Source: Eledone cirrhosa (taxonomy: Eukaryota). From it: 64,000 bases of DNA. Positions 53,114-64,000 of the stretch are shown piece after piece. How positions within the stretch are numbered: position 1 is the first letter of the stretch; every line of letters starts with the position of its first letter. A program made the translations under genes and the position numbers. Location of the stretch: assembly GCA_964016885.1 (NCBI GenBank), contig OZ024741.1, positions 58,590,001 to 58,654,000 of the forward strand, in the 5' to 3' direction. Under the pieces are notes generated by a model that saw only the letters and a program-made list of their open reading frames with translations, did not search any database and was not told the origin of the DNA.

Positions 53114-54897
53114 CATCATCATCATCAACGTTTAACGTCCGTGTTCCACGCTTGCATGGGTTTGGACGGGGGTAGTCCCACTTGAGGCAAGAGTGATTGT
53201 CTTGCTCGCATAGGACTGTCTGGCAGGTTTTCTACAGTTGGATGCCCTTCCTAACACCAACCACATTTACAGTGTGGGTCTGGGAGGTTTTTACCGTGTT
53301 GCCTACACGGCCACATTACAGAGTGGACTGTGTGTTTTTTTGTCGTGACACCTACACGATCTCATTTGTTTCGGCCTGGATGGTGTGGCACCAACACAAC
53401 TTTACATAGAACGGGGGGGGGGGTATTTTGTTAGAGATGCCTACTGGCTGTAGTAGGTTTTACTATGTATTTAGGTAAGGCGGGTCTTCTCTGTTACTGA
53501 GTACCGCCAAAGGTCTCGGTCCAGTGACATTGTCTTGGAGAGGTGTAAGTGTGAGGTCGGAGTTTATCAGCTCGTCCCAGGTTTTTCTAGGTCTGCCTAT
53601 TCCGTGGCTACCGTCTATCTTTATTGCCCTGCACTTTGTTATACAGCTATCGACTTTCATGCACATCACGTGTCCATACCAACGTAGCCTTCTCTCGAGT
53701 AAACAACATCTGATCCCTCTTATTTCTAATTTTTTCCTTAGTTCGTTTATGCTTTGCCGTTCACGTATATTACTGTTACACATCCAGCGGAGCATGCAAG
53801 CTTCGTTCCTCTCTAGTCTGCGTATATCCTCTGCACACAATGCCCAGGTCTCACTGCCATGCAACATTGCTGTTCGTATGCAGGCATCGTACAACCTGCC
53901 TTTCATTTTTAGGGAGAACCCTTTAGCATCTAATAGTGGTATAAGCCCTCTGAACTTTTTCCAACCAGTTCTGACTCTAGCTACTGTACTTTCAGAGCAC
54001 CCTCCCCCACTGCTGATTTTATCACCCAGGTAACGGAAACTGTCCACTATTTCTATAGAACCCTCTGCGCAATTGAAAGAGCTAGTATTTTGTGGGCACT
54101 TGCTGCTACTTATTGCACCAGAGCACCGGCCACATGTAAAATCTATGTTCTTAGTTAGCTTACCTGTGATCCCACTACATCTTTTATGCACCCATACTTT
54201 GCATTTAGGACATAAAATGGAGTTTCTACCTACGCCTTTCCTACACACCGAGCACGACCATCCCAGAAGGGACCGCCGCCTTATTTTCTTTCCTACAAAC
54301 TAGAACTTTAGTCTTAGCCAGGTTAATTTTAAGGCCTTTTGATTCTAGGCCGTGCTTCCATGTTTGGAATTTCTTCTCTAGCTCGGCCATTGATTCCGCT
54401 ATGAGTGTCAGGTCGTCTGTGTATAGGAGTTCCCATGGGCAGCCGGTCTTGAACTCCTCTGTTATAGCCTGAAGGGCAATAATAAATAGTAGGGGGCTGA
54501 GAACAGAGCCCTGATGGACGCCAACTTTTACGCTAAACTCTTCACTATATTCGTTGTTAATTCTAACCTTGCTGACTGTTTCTTTATACATGGCTTGTAT
54601 AGCTCTCACAAGCCATTCGTCAACGCCTAGTTTTCTAAGAGCCCACCAGATAATGGAGCGGGGGACTCTGTCGAAGGCTTTCTCCAAGTCGACAAAAGCT
54701 AAGTAGAGGGGTTTACCTTTAGCTAGGTACTTCTCCTGTAGTTGTTGTACAATGAAAAGAGCGTCTGTGGTACTTTTGCCTGACACAAACCCGAACTGCA
54801 TTTCATCTAGGTCAATTCTCTCTCTGATTAGTTGTGCTATTACTTTTTCCGTGACCTTCATGACCTGGTCGATTAATTTAATGCCTCTATAGTTACT
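53112..54897 (-). mobile_element. 5'-truncated RTE LINE, second subfamily with a long 3'UTR
   Basis: ORFs 54241-54861 and 53463-54248 encode RT (QFGF, GVHQGSVLSP, YTDD), a PHD-like module and the C-terminus. It has a (ATG)n tail, and both ends abut (TA)n tracts. Confidence 0.93.
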
Positions 54898-54899
54898 CC

Positions 54900-55965
<1,066 letters not shown>

Positions 55966-56088
55966 AAAGTGGATGTGTAGGTGCCACGGAAAAAAAACAC
56001 CCACCACTCACTGCTAGTGTGGAAGAACGAACGTAAAATGGTGATGATGATGATATATATATATAATATATGTATATATATAGAGATA

Positions 56089-56243
56089 GAGACCCAAGAA
56101 GACCTGGGATGCAATGATAAAAGCCGACCTTACCCAATTACACCTCTCAAAGGCGATGACACGCGACTATGACCTCTGGCGTCACGCAGTAATACAGAAG
56201 ACCCGACTCCCCACGGGTACAAGCCGGTCTAACCCATGCTAGT
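56089..56243 (+). mobile_element. Short RTE 3' fragment with a short 3' end
   Basis: Translates [39 protein letters not shown], followed closely by ctaacccatgctagtg. Confidence 0.8.
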
Positions 56244-56244
56244 G

Positions 56245-56275
<31 letters not shown>

Positions 56276-56288
56276 ATATATATATATA

Positions 56289-56913
56289 GATGCTGTTTAG
56301 TCTCGAGAAGACTACATTGGTATGGTCACGTGATGCGCATGAAAGACGACAGCTGTATAAAAAAGTGCAGGGCGATCAAAATAGACGGTAGTTACGGAGT
56401 AGGCAGACCCAGAAAAACCTGGGACGACTTGATAAATTCTGACCTCACACACTTACACCTCTCCAAGACAATGTCACTGGACCGAGATCTTTGGCGCTAC
56501 ACAGTAATACTGAAGACCCGCCTTGCCTAAGTACAAAGCGAAACCTACAGTAAGTAGGCACCTCTTAACCAAAATACACCCCCCCCCCCCGTCCCACTAC
56601 CCCTACCCCCACCTACACCATCCCTTTTGATGTAAAGTTATGTTGGTACGACAACATCCAGTTCTAAATAAATGATGTCGTGTAGGTGTCACGACAAAAA
56701 AAACACACAGTCCACGCTGTAATGTGGCCGTGTAGGTAACACGGTAAAAACCTCACAGTCCATACTGTAAATTTGGTTGGTGTTAGGAAGCGCATCCAGC
56801 TGTAGAAAACCCGCCAGACAGTCCTGAGCAAGACAACCAATCTTGCCTCAAGTGGGACAATTCCCGTCCAAACCCATGCAAGCATGGAAGATGGACGTTA
56901 AACGATGATGATG

Positions 56914-56915
<2 letters not shown>
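56289..56915 (+). mobile_element. 3' fragment of the long-3'UTR RTE subfamily
   Basis: ORF 56258-56530 contains RRLHWYGHVMRMKDD..GRPRKTW. The element ends cccatgcaagcatggaagatggacgttaaacgatgatgatg. Confidence 0.9.
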
Positions 56916-56944
<29 letters not shown>

Positions 56945-57315
56945 TGAATATAAGTGTGTCTGTTTGTTTGTACCTGTGTTTGTGTTTATGCCCTGTAACC
57001 TTGTGGTTCTAGAAAAAAAGACAGATAAAACAATTACCAAACTTTTAAGGGGGTGGCGGGGGTCGACGTGATCAACTAAATCCTTTTAAGGCAATGCTCC
57101 AGCATGGCCACTGTGAAAGAACGAAAGAAAGAAACCAGTAAAAAAAATTAAGAGCATATTGTATATGGCATTTTGAGTCATGCAAATATTACAGATGTAC
57201 TTTGCATAATTGTCAAAATAATTTTCTAATCTTTCTCCAAAATGCAAAATTTACAAATGATTTGAATATGATTATTTATTCCAACAAGAATATAAGATCT
57301 AGATTTTAGTTTAAG

Positions 57316-57382
<67 letters not shown>

Positions 57383-58348
57383 AAAGATAAAACAAGAAAA
57401 CGGCTCGCGGTTATATTTGAATATTTAAAACAAATTATATTAGATACTGATCTGCATTGTTTTAGTAAATACTTGTTGAGTCTTTTATCTGGTTTGTAGA
57501 TGATGCCATTATTGTCACCATCATCATCATTGTCATCACCATCACTACTGCCACTATCGTCATGTGTGTGTAAATGTTCTTAGCCATATTTGCATTTCTA
57601 TTTTGTTCTGTTCATAGTTATAAAACATTTCTCTCAATTTACATTCCAATGTAAAGTACTTCTCCACATTTTTAACTCGCAGTTCTGTTACATTAACAAT
57701 TTTGTTTTTATTAAATAGTAGTATGATTGTTGTGCTTATTGATTGTGTTATATTTTAAAGCATGTCACTTAACTCTTAACATCCTGTAATGATTTAGCAG
57801 AAAATAGCTTTAAAAAAGTTAATAGTAGATAGATTATTGGGAAAATTTGCAGTATTAAAGGCTTTAAGTTTTAATATGATGCTTTCATAGTACTTTTTGT
57901 ACTTTTCAAGAATGTCTTGCTAATATGGTTTCATGTGGTTTAATTCAAATGTTTATAGTATCTTTACTGGGGGAGAAATTGTTGTGGAAATTTGCAGTAA
58001 ACTGAAGTCAAGACTTTAATATTTAATGTGATGCAGTCATAGTGCTGTTTTGTATTTTTCAATGTCTTGCTAATGCAGTTACATGAGGTACAGGACATTC
58101 AGAGCTAAGTACTTTTTTGAAACCACTATGGAAAATAAATGAACTTTCACAACTGAAAATGTATCAGTTCTTCTGAAGCAATAATTTAAGCAGATGTAAG
58201 TTTCTAGAGAACCATATCTATTGCATAGCTTACTTTTGGAGTTGATGCCATTTCATTTGCTTGGAAATACTCTTGGGAAGAAAGAACACAGCTGACCGTT
58301 CAATCCAACCATTCTAAATCCAGGGATTTCTGCTTTAATCAATAATTT

Positions 58349-58382
<34 letters not shown>

Positions 58383-59149
58383 TCCTCCTCCCCCTCTCGA
58401 ATAATACTGCGCTAAACTGACATGTTTAACATCGCTGTTTACATCACAAAGAGATATAAAATAGCTTTCCTTAACCATGAAAGACATATCCTATGATTTT
58501 CAAATAATCAAGAATTTGGAAGGATTTAGTAGCATAACTTAAAGATTCTTGCATAAAATTATGATGGAAAGTTTTTAGATAGATGAAGTTTTGTACTGTA
58601 GAACCAAGGTTGACTTTGGCAGTTTGGTGTTAAGAGTTAAGATTTTACTTGGTACACCTATTAAGCTGGTGTTTGCAACATAATTTAACAAACCTTCTTA
58701 TATAAAATTACAGCAGAAAATGTTTACATGAATATAAATACTTTAAAATAAACTTATTTTGTATTATAGAACCAGTGACAGTTTCAGGTGGTTTGGTATT
58801 GGAAGGATTCAGACACTCACATATGTTTAAGATATAACCTATTTTATTCAAGATATATAACCACAACACATTGTTTATTGCATGGATTTATTCAAGATGC
58901 TTTCTTTTTTTCATATTCGTTTCAAACATGATTTATTGCTTCATCTTTCTATTTCTGTTTCACCTATTGAGTTATTGGCAGTGTGATTCTATGACTCCAT
59001 AGTTACATACCATAGACATTCTTCAAACTTTGTTGTTGTTTCTACCATTTTCTAAGAATTATGTTTATCAGCCATGTTTTATGGAACCCAAACTCAGCAT
59101 GGGTTAAATTAGAAGATTTTTCAGTTCATTGGACTGATTACACAATTAA

Positions 59150-60250
59150 ACTGTTGAGCAATTATGTATTTTATATTTATTTATTTTATTGTTATTATTC
59201 AGTAGTTTCATGAAAGTGTTTACTGAATCATCTGGTACACCTCCAAGTTCAGAGTTTTGTGCAGTACATATATTCTTATTCTGTTGAGTATAACCTCTTC
59301 TTGTTAGTGCACTACAATAATTTTGTTTTGTTATGGGGTTTAGCTTGTAGTCTTTTCTGGTGTGTTTAGTGTTTGTTCTGTTGTGAGTGGTGTGTGTAAT
59401 ATGTTTTGTTATTTCATTTAGTATTAATACTGTAGAGTTAAATAGTCTCACCAACCTGCAATTGGCCAGGTGTGATGAGTATGGCTAAACCTCTGACATG
59501 ACCAAAACCAAACAGAAAAAGGTGGAGGTTAACCAGAAAGGGGTTCCTCCAACATAAGTGAGAAAGCACTGGATTGGATTGGAATATTGAAGAATATATG
59601 TTGTGTAAGTTGTATTGTTAATTTTTTTAATGTGCATATTGCAGGGTATGAGTGTTGTGAGTGAAAATTGTTCTATTTCAGCTGTACTAATGAATTAATA
59701 ATGATTTGCACAGGATGTGGGCTGTTCCTAGCAGAGCTATTTTGGGGGGATAGTTTTCAGTGTTATGGACCCTAGTATGATTTCTGTTTTTTTGCATATT
59801 TTTTTTTATCATACCCAGTGCTCTGATTATTATTGCCAGTGTAGTGTTCCTTCATTCCCCACATCTTGTATATGTCATGATCATTGTATTTTAACAGCTT
59901 TTCCAATTCTTTTCAGACAATATTTTGTTCAGAAGATACTGTTATATCAGTATGCATATTTTTTTCCAGTCTTTGATTATTATGACTGGATGGTTTACCT
60001 TGAATTATTTGTCAGTTTGGTTGGGCATATCCCATATGATTGTGGCCAGATTGATATTGTTGTTGTTGTCATCAGTTTTATTTTGATTGTATGCTGTCAC
60101 TGAACTACCAAGTACAGCTGTGTATGTGCAGTGTTATGGCTCTGGTGGTTTCTATTGTGTTATCATTATTATTTCCTTAGATATCAGTATATTAACATAC
60201 ATCCCACATATTTTCTCAGCACCGTAGGTAACTGATGGTATTTTGTCCAG
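59150..60250 (-). mobile_element. Decayed 3' end of an R4/Dong-like (restriction-like endonuclease) non-LTR element
   Basis: Minus-strand remnants IIWDMPNQTDK, EKELEKLLKYND and KIALLGTAHIL match the conserved R4/Dong C-terminus. 3'UTR-like sequence recurs at ~32220-32520. Confidence 0.65.
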
Positions 60251-61166
60251 AATTTGAGAAAGCAAATAACAATGCATCCTATACATAAACTGAAGGCCAT
60301 TAATATAAATCAAAATTGGTTCAAATTTGCAGTTTTATTCCATGGAAATTATTGTTCTGATTGAAATTAAATACTTTATTCTATAAATTGCACAGTCTGC
60401 ATCGTTGACATCACTACACACACACATCAAAGCTTGGCCTACATTATTGGAAACAATAAATATAATTTGTACAATATTTCACCAGTTACACGCCACTTTG
60501 GTAATTAATTTCACACGATATTTTACAATTGCTGCTTTCCACTAAATTCTTTCATCGGCTGTTTCCTTTCATCGCCTGTTTCTACAACTAGCTACATATC
60601 ACCTCATTAGTGTCACTAAGCAGAAAATTAACTCCACTGTAGTTTGATCTATTGAAAAATCTGTGCCTTTTCCCTCATGCAGCCAACCAACATGTTTCTT
60701 TCTTACACTGCTATCTCCTGGAAACAGTCTCACTTTTTGGCTTTCTTTTGCATCTATTGATTTATAATACAATTGACAACAGATTTTACTTGGAGACCAA
60801 TATAAACTGAACTTTTATAAATCCTTAAGAAATTAACTATTTTTATGTAGATTTTGCTCTACAATAAAATGCTCTTGGCCACCATCAGTGTTTAGCTGTA
60901 AACTAAAATTATGACCTAACTCAATTAGTTGCTTGAATATGAACAGTAATTTTGCATTAGGTTCTAACTTCATTGAACTGTTCAAAGAAACTGCTGACCA
61001 AATAACCATTTATATTTTATTTTTGGAACATCTGGCTGCTAGGAAGGTTGCTCACTTGTATTTCAGATTTTCTTCCATTCAGCTTAATATGAACAACTTT
61101 AAATCATTTTGCTGTCAATAAATAAAGTTTGGGGGTCTTTAAGAGTGAATTCAAAGTCCCCCCCCC

Positions 61167-61212
<46 letters not shown>

Positions 61213-61514
61213 TTTAGTTTCAACAATTAATTTAAGAGTAACTTTTCCAAATTGTTTAAAGAATCAGGATTTAACTCTTAACACCCTGTACAATATGAAG
61301 CCACATTAGTAACACATTCTTCAAAAGAATATTGTTTCCTAGTAATGATACTCTAAATACTTCAATTAATAAGCTTGTTTTTAGGGATATTTTCTGCTAA
61401 ATTATTTCAGGGTGTTAAGAGTTCATGTTAACAACTTACAATCATTTGCTGTCAATAAATAAAGTTTGAGGCCTTTATCATTGAGTTAACAAATGCCATA
61501 GAGTTTCTGACATT

Positions 61515-61850
61515 GTGCACTGGCCTTTCCCTCCTTCATATTGTATACTGGCCTTTCTCTCCTTCACATTGTATACTGGCTTTTCTCTCCTTCACATTGT
61601 ATACTGGCCTTTCTTTCCTTCACATTGTATACTGACCTTTTTCTCCTTCACACTGTACACTCTCTGTTCTCTTCGTCACACCTTCACACTGTACACTCAC
61701 CTTTCTCTCCTCCACACTGTACACTCATCTTTCTCTCCTTCACACTATACTCCCCTTTCTCCCCTCCACAATGGACACTCACCTTTCTCTCCTTCACAAT
61801 GTATACTGACCTTGCTACCTTTACATTGTAAACTCTCCTTTCTTTCCTAA
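61515..61850 (+). repeat. ~28-bp minisatellite, about 11 diverged copies
   Basis: Unit ccttcacattgtatactggcctttctct. Confidence 0.9.
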
Positions 61851-64000
61851 ACATTTAATTCAGGCTGGATTCAACCGATGAATGTTTCAGTTGTTTGATC
61901 AGCAGTACCAAGTTGCTTATGAAATTGTGTAAGTGGCTGAGTATATCATAGACAGGTTTACCTTTAATTGTCAAGGAGATTCAGCATGATGCAGTGAGTA
62001 ACAAGGCTGGATCTTTGAATTACAGGTACAGTCCTTCCAAGGGGCTTCCAAACAGTGTCTTCCCAGTTTCACTCACAAGGTACAGGTTTATCTGAGGCTA
62101 CAGTAAAGGCTTAATATATCATGCCCTGCTGTGTTCACATGATGGATTAATCTTTTAAAACATAGGTTTTTATCAATCAATATTGTATTATGGCACCAAA
62201 TTGACAGATTGCTAGAATATTAGATAGAAGGCTTTGTCATATTTGTTACGGCTCTGCACTCTGAGTTGAAATCCTGCTGAGGTCAATTTTATTTTCAGGC
62301 TTTCATGGTCAATTCTATATTTCTTTCTCACTTCCACTCTATCACTCTTTCTCTTTCTTTGGAAGAAATTGACTGTTCCTCTGCTAGGTTTAAAATTCCC
62401 AAGACATGGTGTATAACTGTGGTGCACCCATGACTCCATCAGGAGTTATGGGTTCATTCATACATTTATTGTATTGCTAGATCCTTGTCTCAAATAATAG
62501 GTGAATAAATCCTGACACGTCTAATGCATTTTAGTCCACAATTTTGTGTGAAGTACAGAATTGTATTTATTATTGCTTTGTCAGAAGGAAGGAGAGTCAA
62601 TGTTCATGGCCCTTTTCAAGGACCTTCAAAGGGATAAAGGGTATCCTCAAACCTGACTCCTGGCCTAAATGCAATAGATTAGACTCTAAAAAATACCCCA
62701 GTGCTAGGTGGTGGTGTTAAACTAGGCAACTTATTATACCTATCACCCAAGTGTGTTACAGTTGGATTAGAATTGAAGACAGAAGAATGTCTACCTCAAG
62801 GCATGTCAACAACAGAAGTGTACTTCATCTTACTGGCCATCATGAAAATATGCAATTTATCTACCAACCTTGCTTTGGGTTTCAAATATTACATAATGAA
62901 GCCAAAGTATTATAAACACAAAGTGCGACCTATATATAGTATGTGCAGTAAGCTATTTTTAAATAGCTCATAATGTCATTTAATATCTATTTTCCCTGTA
63001 AGTAGGGCCTGGATGGGTCATCACAGACCCAGTCAGTACTTAATTGGAATCGCTGATCTTTCAGGCAGGCTAGGGGCCCATCTCTCTTACATACATTCCT
63101 AAACTCTATAGTGTGTGTTTTATCATGGCATCAATAGGGAGGTTGTTGTCTCATGACTGAAGGGTCCTCTCAACCTTTGATAATGTTTGTGATGATGATA
63201 TTTTAGCTGTTAACTTTTAAAATCTTTCTTTCATTAAAAATGAAAAATTGATTGTGAAAATTTATGCTCTCATAATTAAGAAGTCATGTTTTGCTATTAA
63301 TTTCATTGTAGCTATATTTAATAGTTTCAGTGGTTTTTCTATTTATTTGAAATTTTCGTTCAAATATTTTGACATTAGGCTTTTTGCTTATTTACTTAAG
63401 TCAGAACCCAACAAATAAATTAGCATCACTTTTACTTACTGCCTTCTAAGTCAACACAGCAAAACTGTATTTTTGCCAAGTTTCTCTGCTTTCTCCTATT
63501 TGATCTGGCAATCATACAGAGTTGGTGATTATAAAAGCTGTAATTTATCCTTAGGCCTACCTAATATTATTCTTAAGGTAATTGCTAGATTCTCCTGTTG
63601 AGTTTGTTTTCAGTATTTCGGTTTATTCATAAAGTTGTAAAAACAACTACAGTATTGAACTCTCATTATTCACATCATTAATACATAATTCATCATCACC
63701 ATAATCATCATCATGCATCTGTTTTCCACGCTGGCAGGGATTGAATAGCTTGTCACATTCAGTGACTTGACAGGTCAGATGGCCACATCTTGCTTATATG
63801 TTTCAGTTTGATGCAATTTCCATGGCTGGATGCACTTCCTAATACCAACCACTTTATATTTTATCATGGTACCAACAGAACCACCTGACAGAGTGGATTG
63901 GGTGCATTTTATTGTGGCACAAGCACTGTTACTTCAAAGAGTATATTGAGTACCTTTTTTTCATGGCACCACCACTATCACTTTATGGAGTGGACTGGGC

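Overview
Eukaryotic, AT-rich, repeat-dominated DNA. It is most likely from an octopus or other coleoid cephalopod, inferred from the SINE and RTE-LINE families, the (TA)n/(CAT)n load and a multi-finger C2H2 gene. Only one convincing host-gene exon was found: a 100-nt internal exon of RXYLT1/TMEM5 (17160-17259, +). Most of the window therefore appears to be intron. On the opposite strand is a disrupted 14-finger C2H2 zinc-finger ORF (44573-45877). Just upstream of it sits a near-full-length RTE-clade LINE (APE + RT, two 1-nt frameshifts) with a PHD-like finger inserted in the RT. Also present are many truncated RTE copies, short non-autonomous elements joining an RTE 5'UTR motif to an RTE 3' tail, tRNA-derived SINEs, piggyBac-, mariner- and hAT-type MITEs, a decayed R4/Dong-like element, and long micro- and minisatellites. 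The most notable unannotated signal is a set of hammerhead-ribozyme motifs in short Penelope-like repeats: one near-canonical (4267-4346, -) and several decayed. There is also a cluster of long hairpins near 37.5-37.9 kb. Almost all ORFs in the supplied track are microsatellite or antisense artefacts. All calls were made by eye, repeat boundaries are approximate, and no database search was run.
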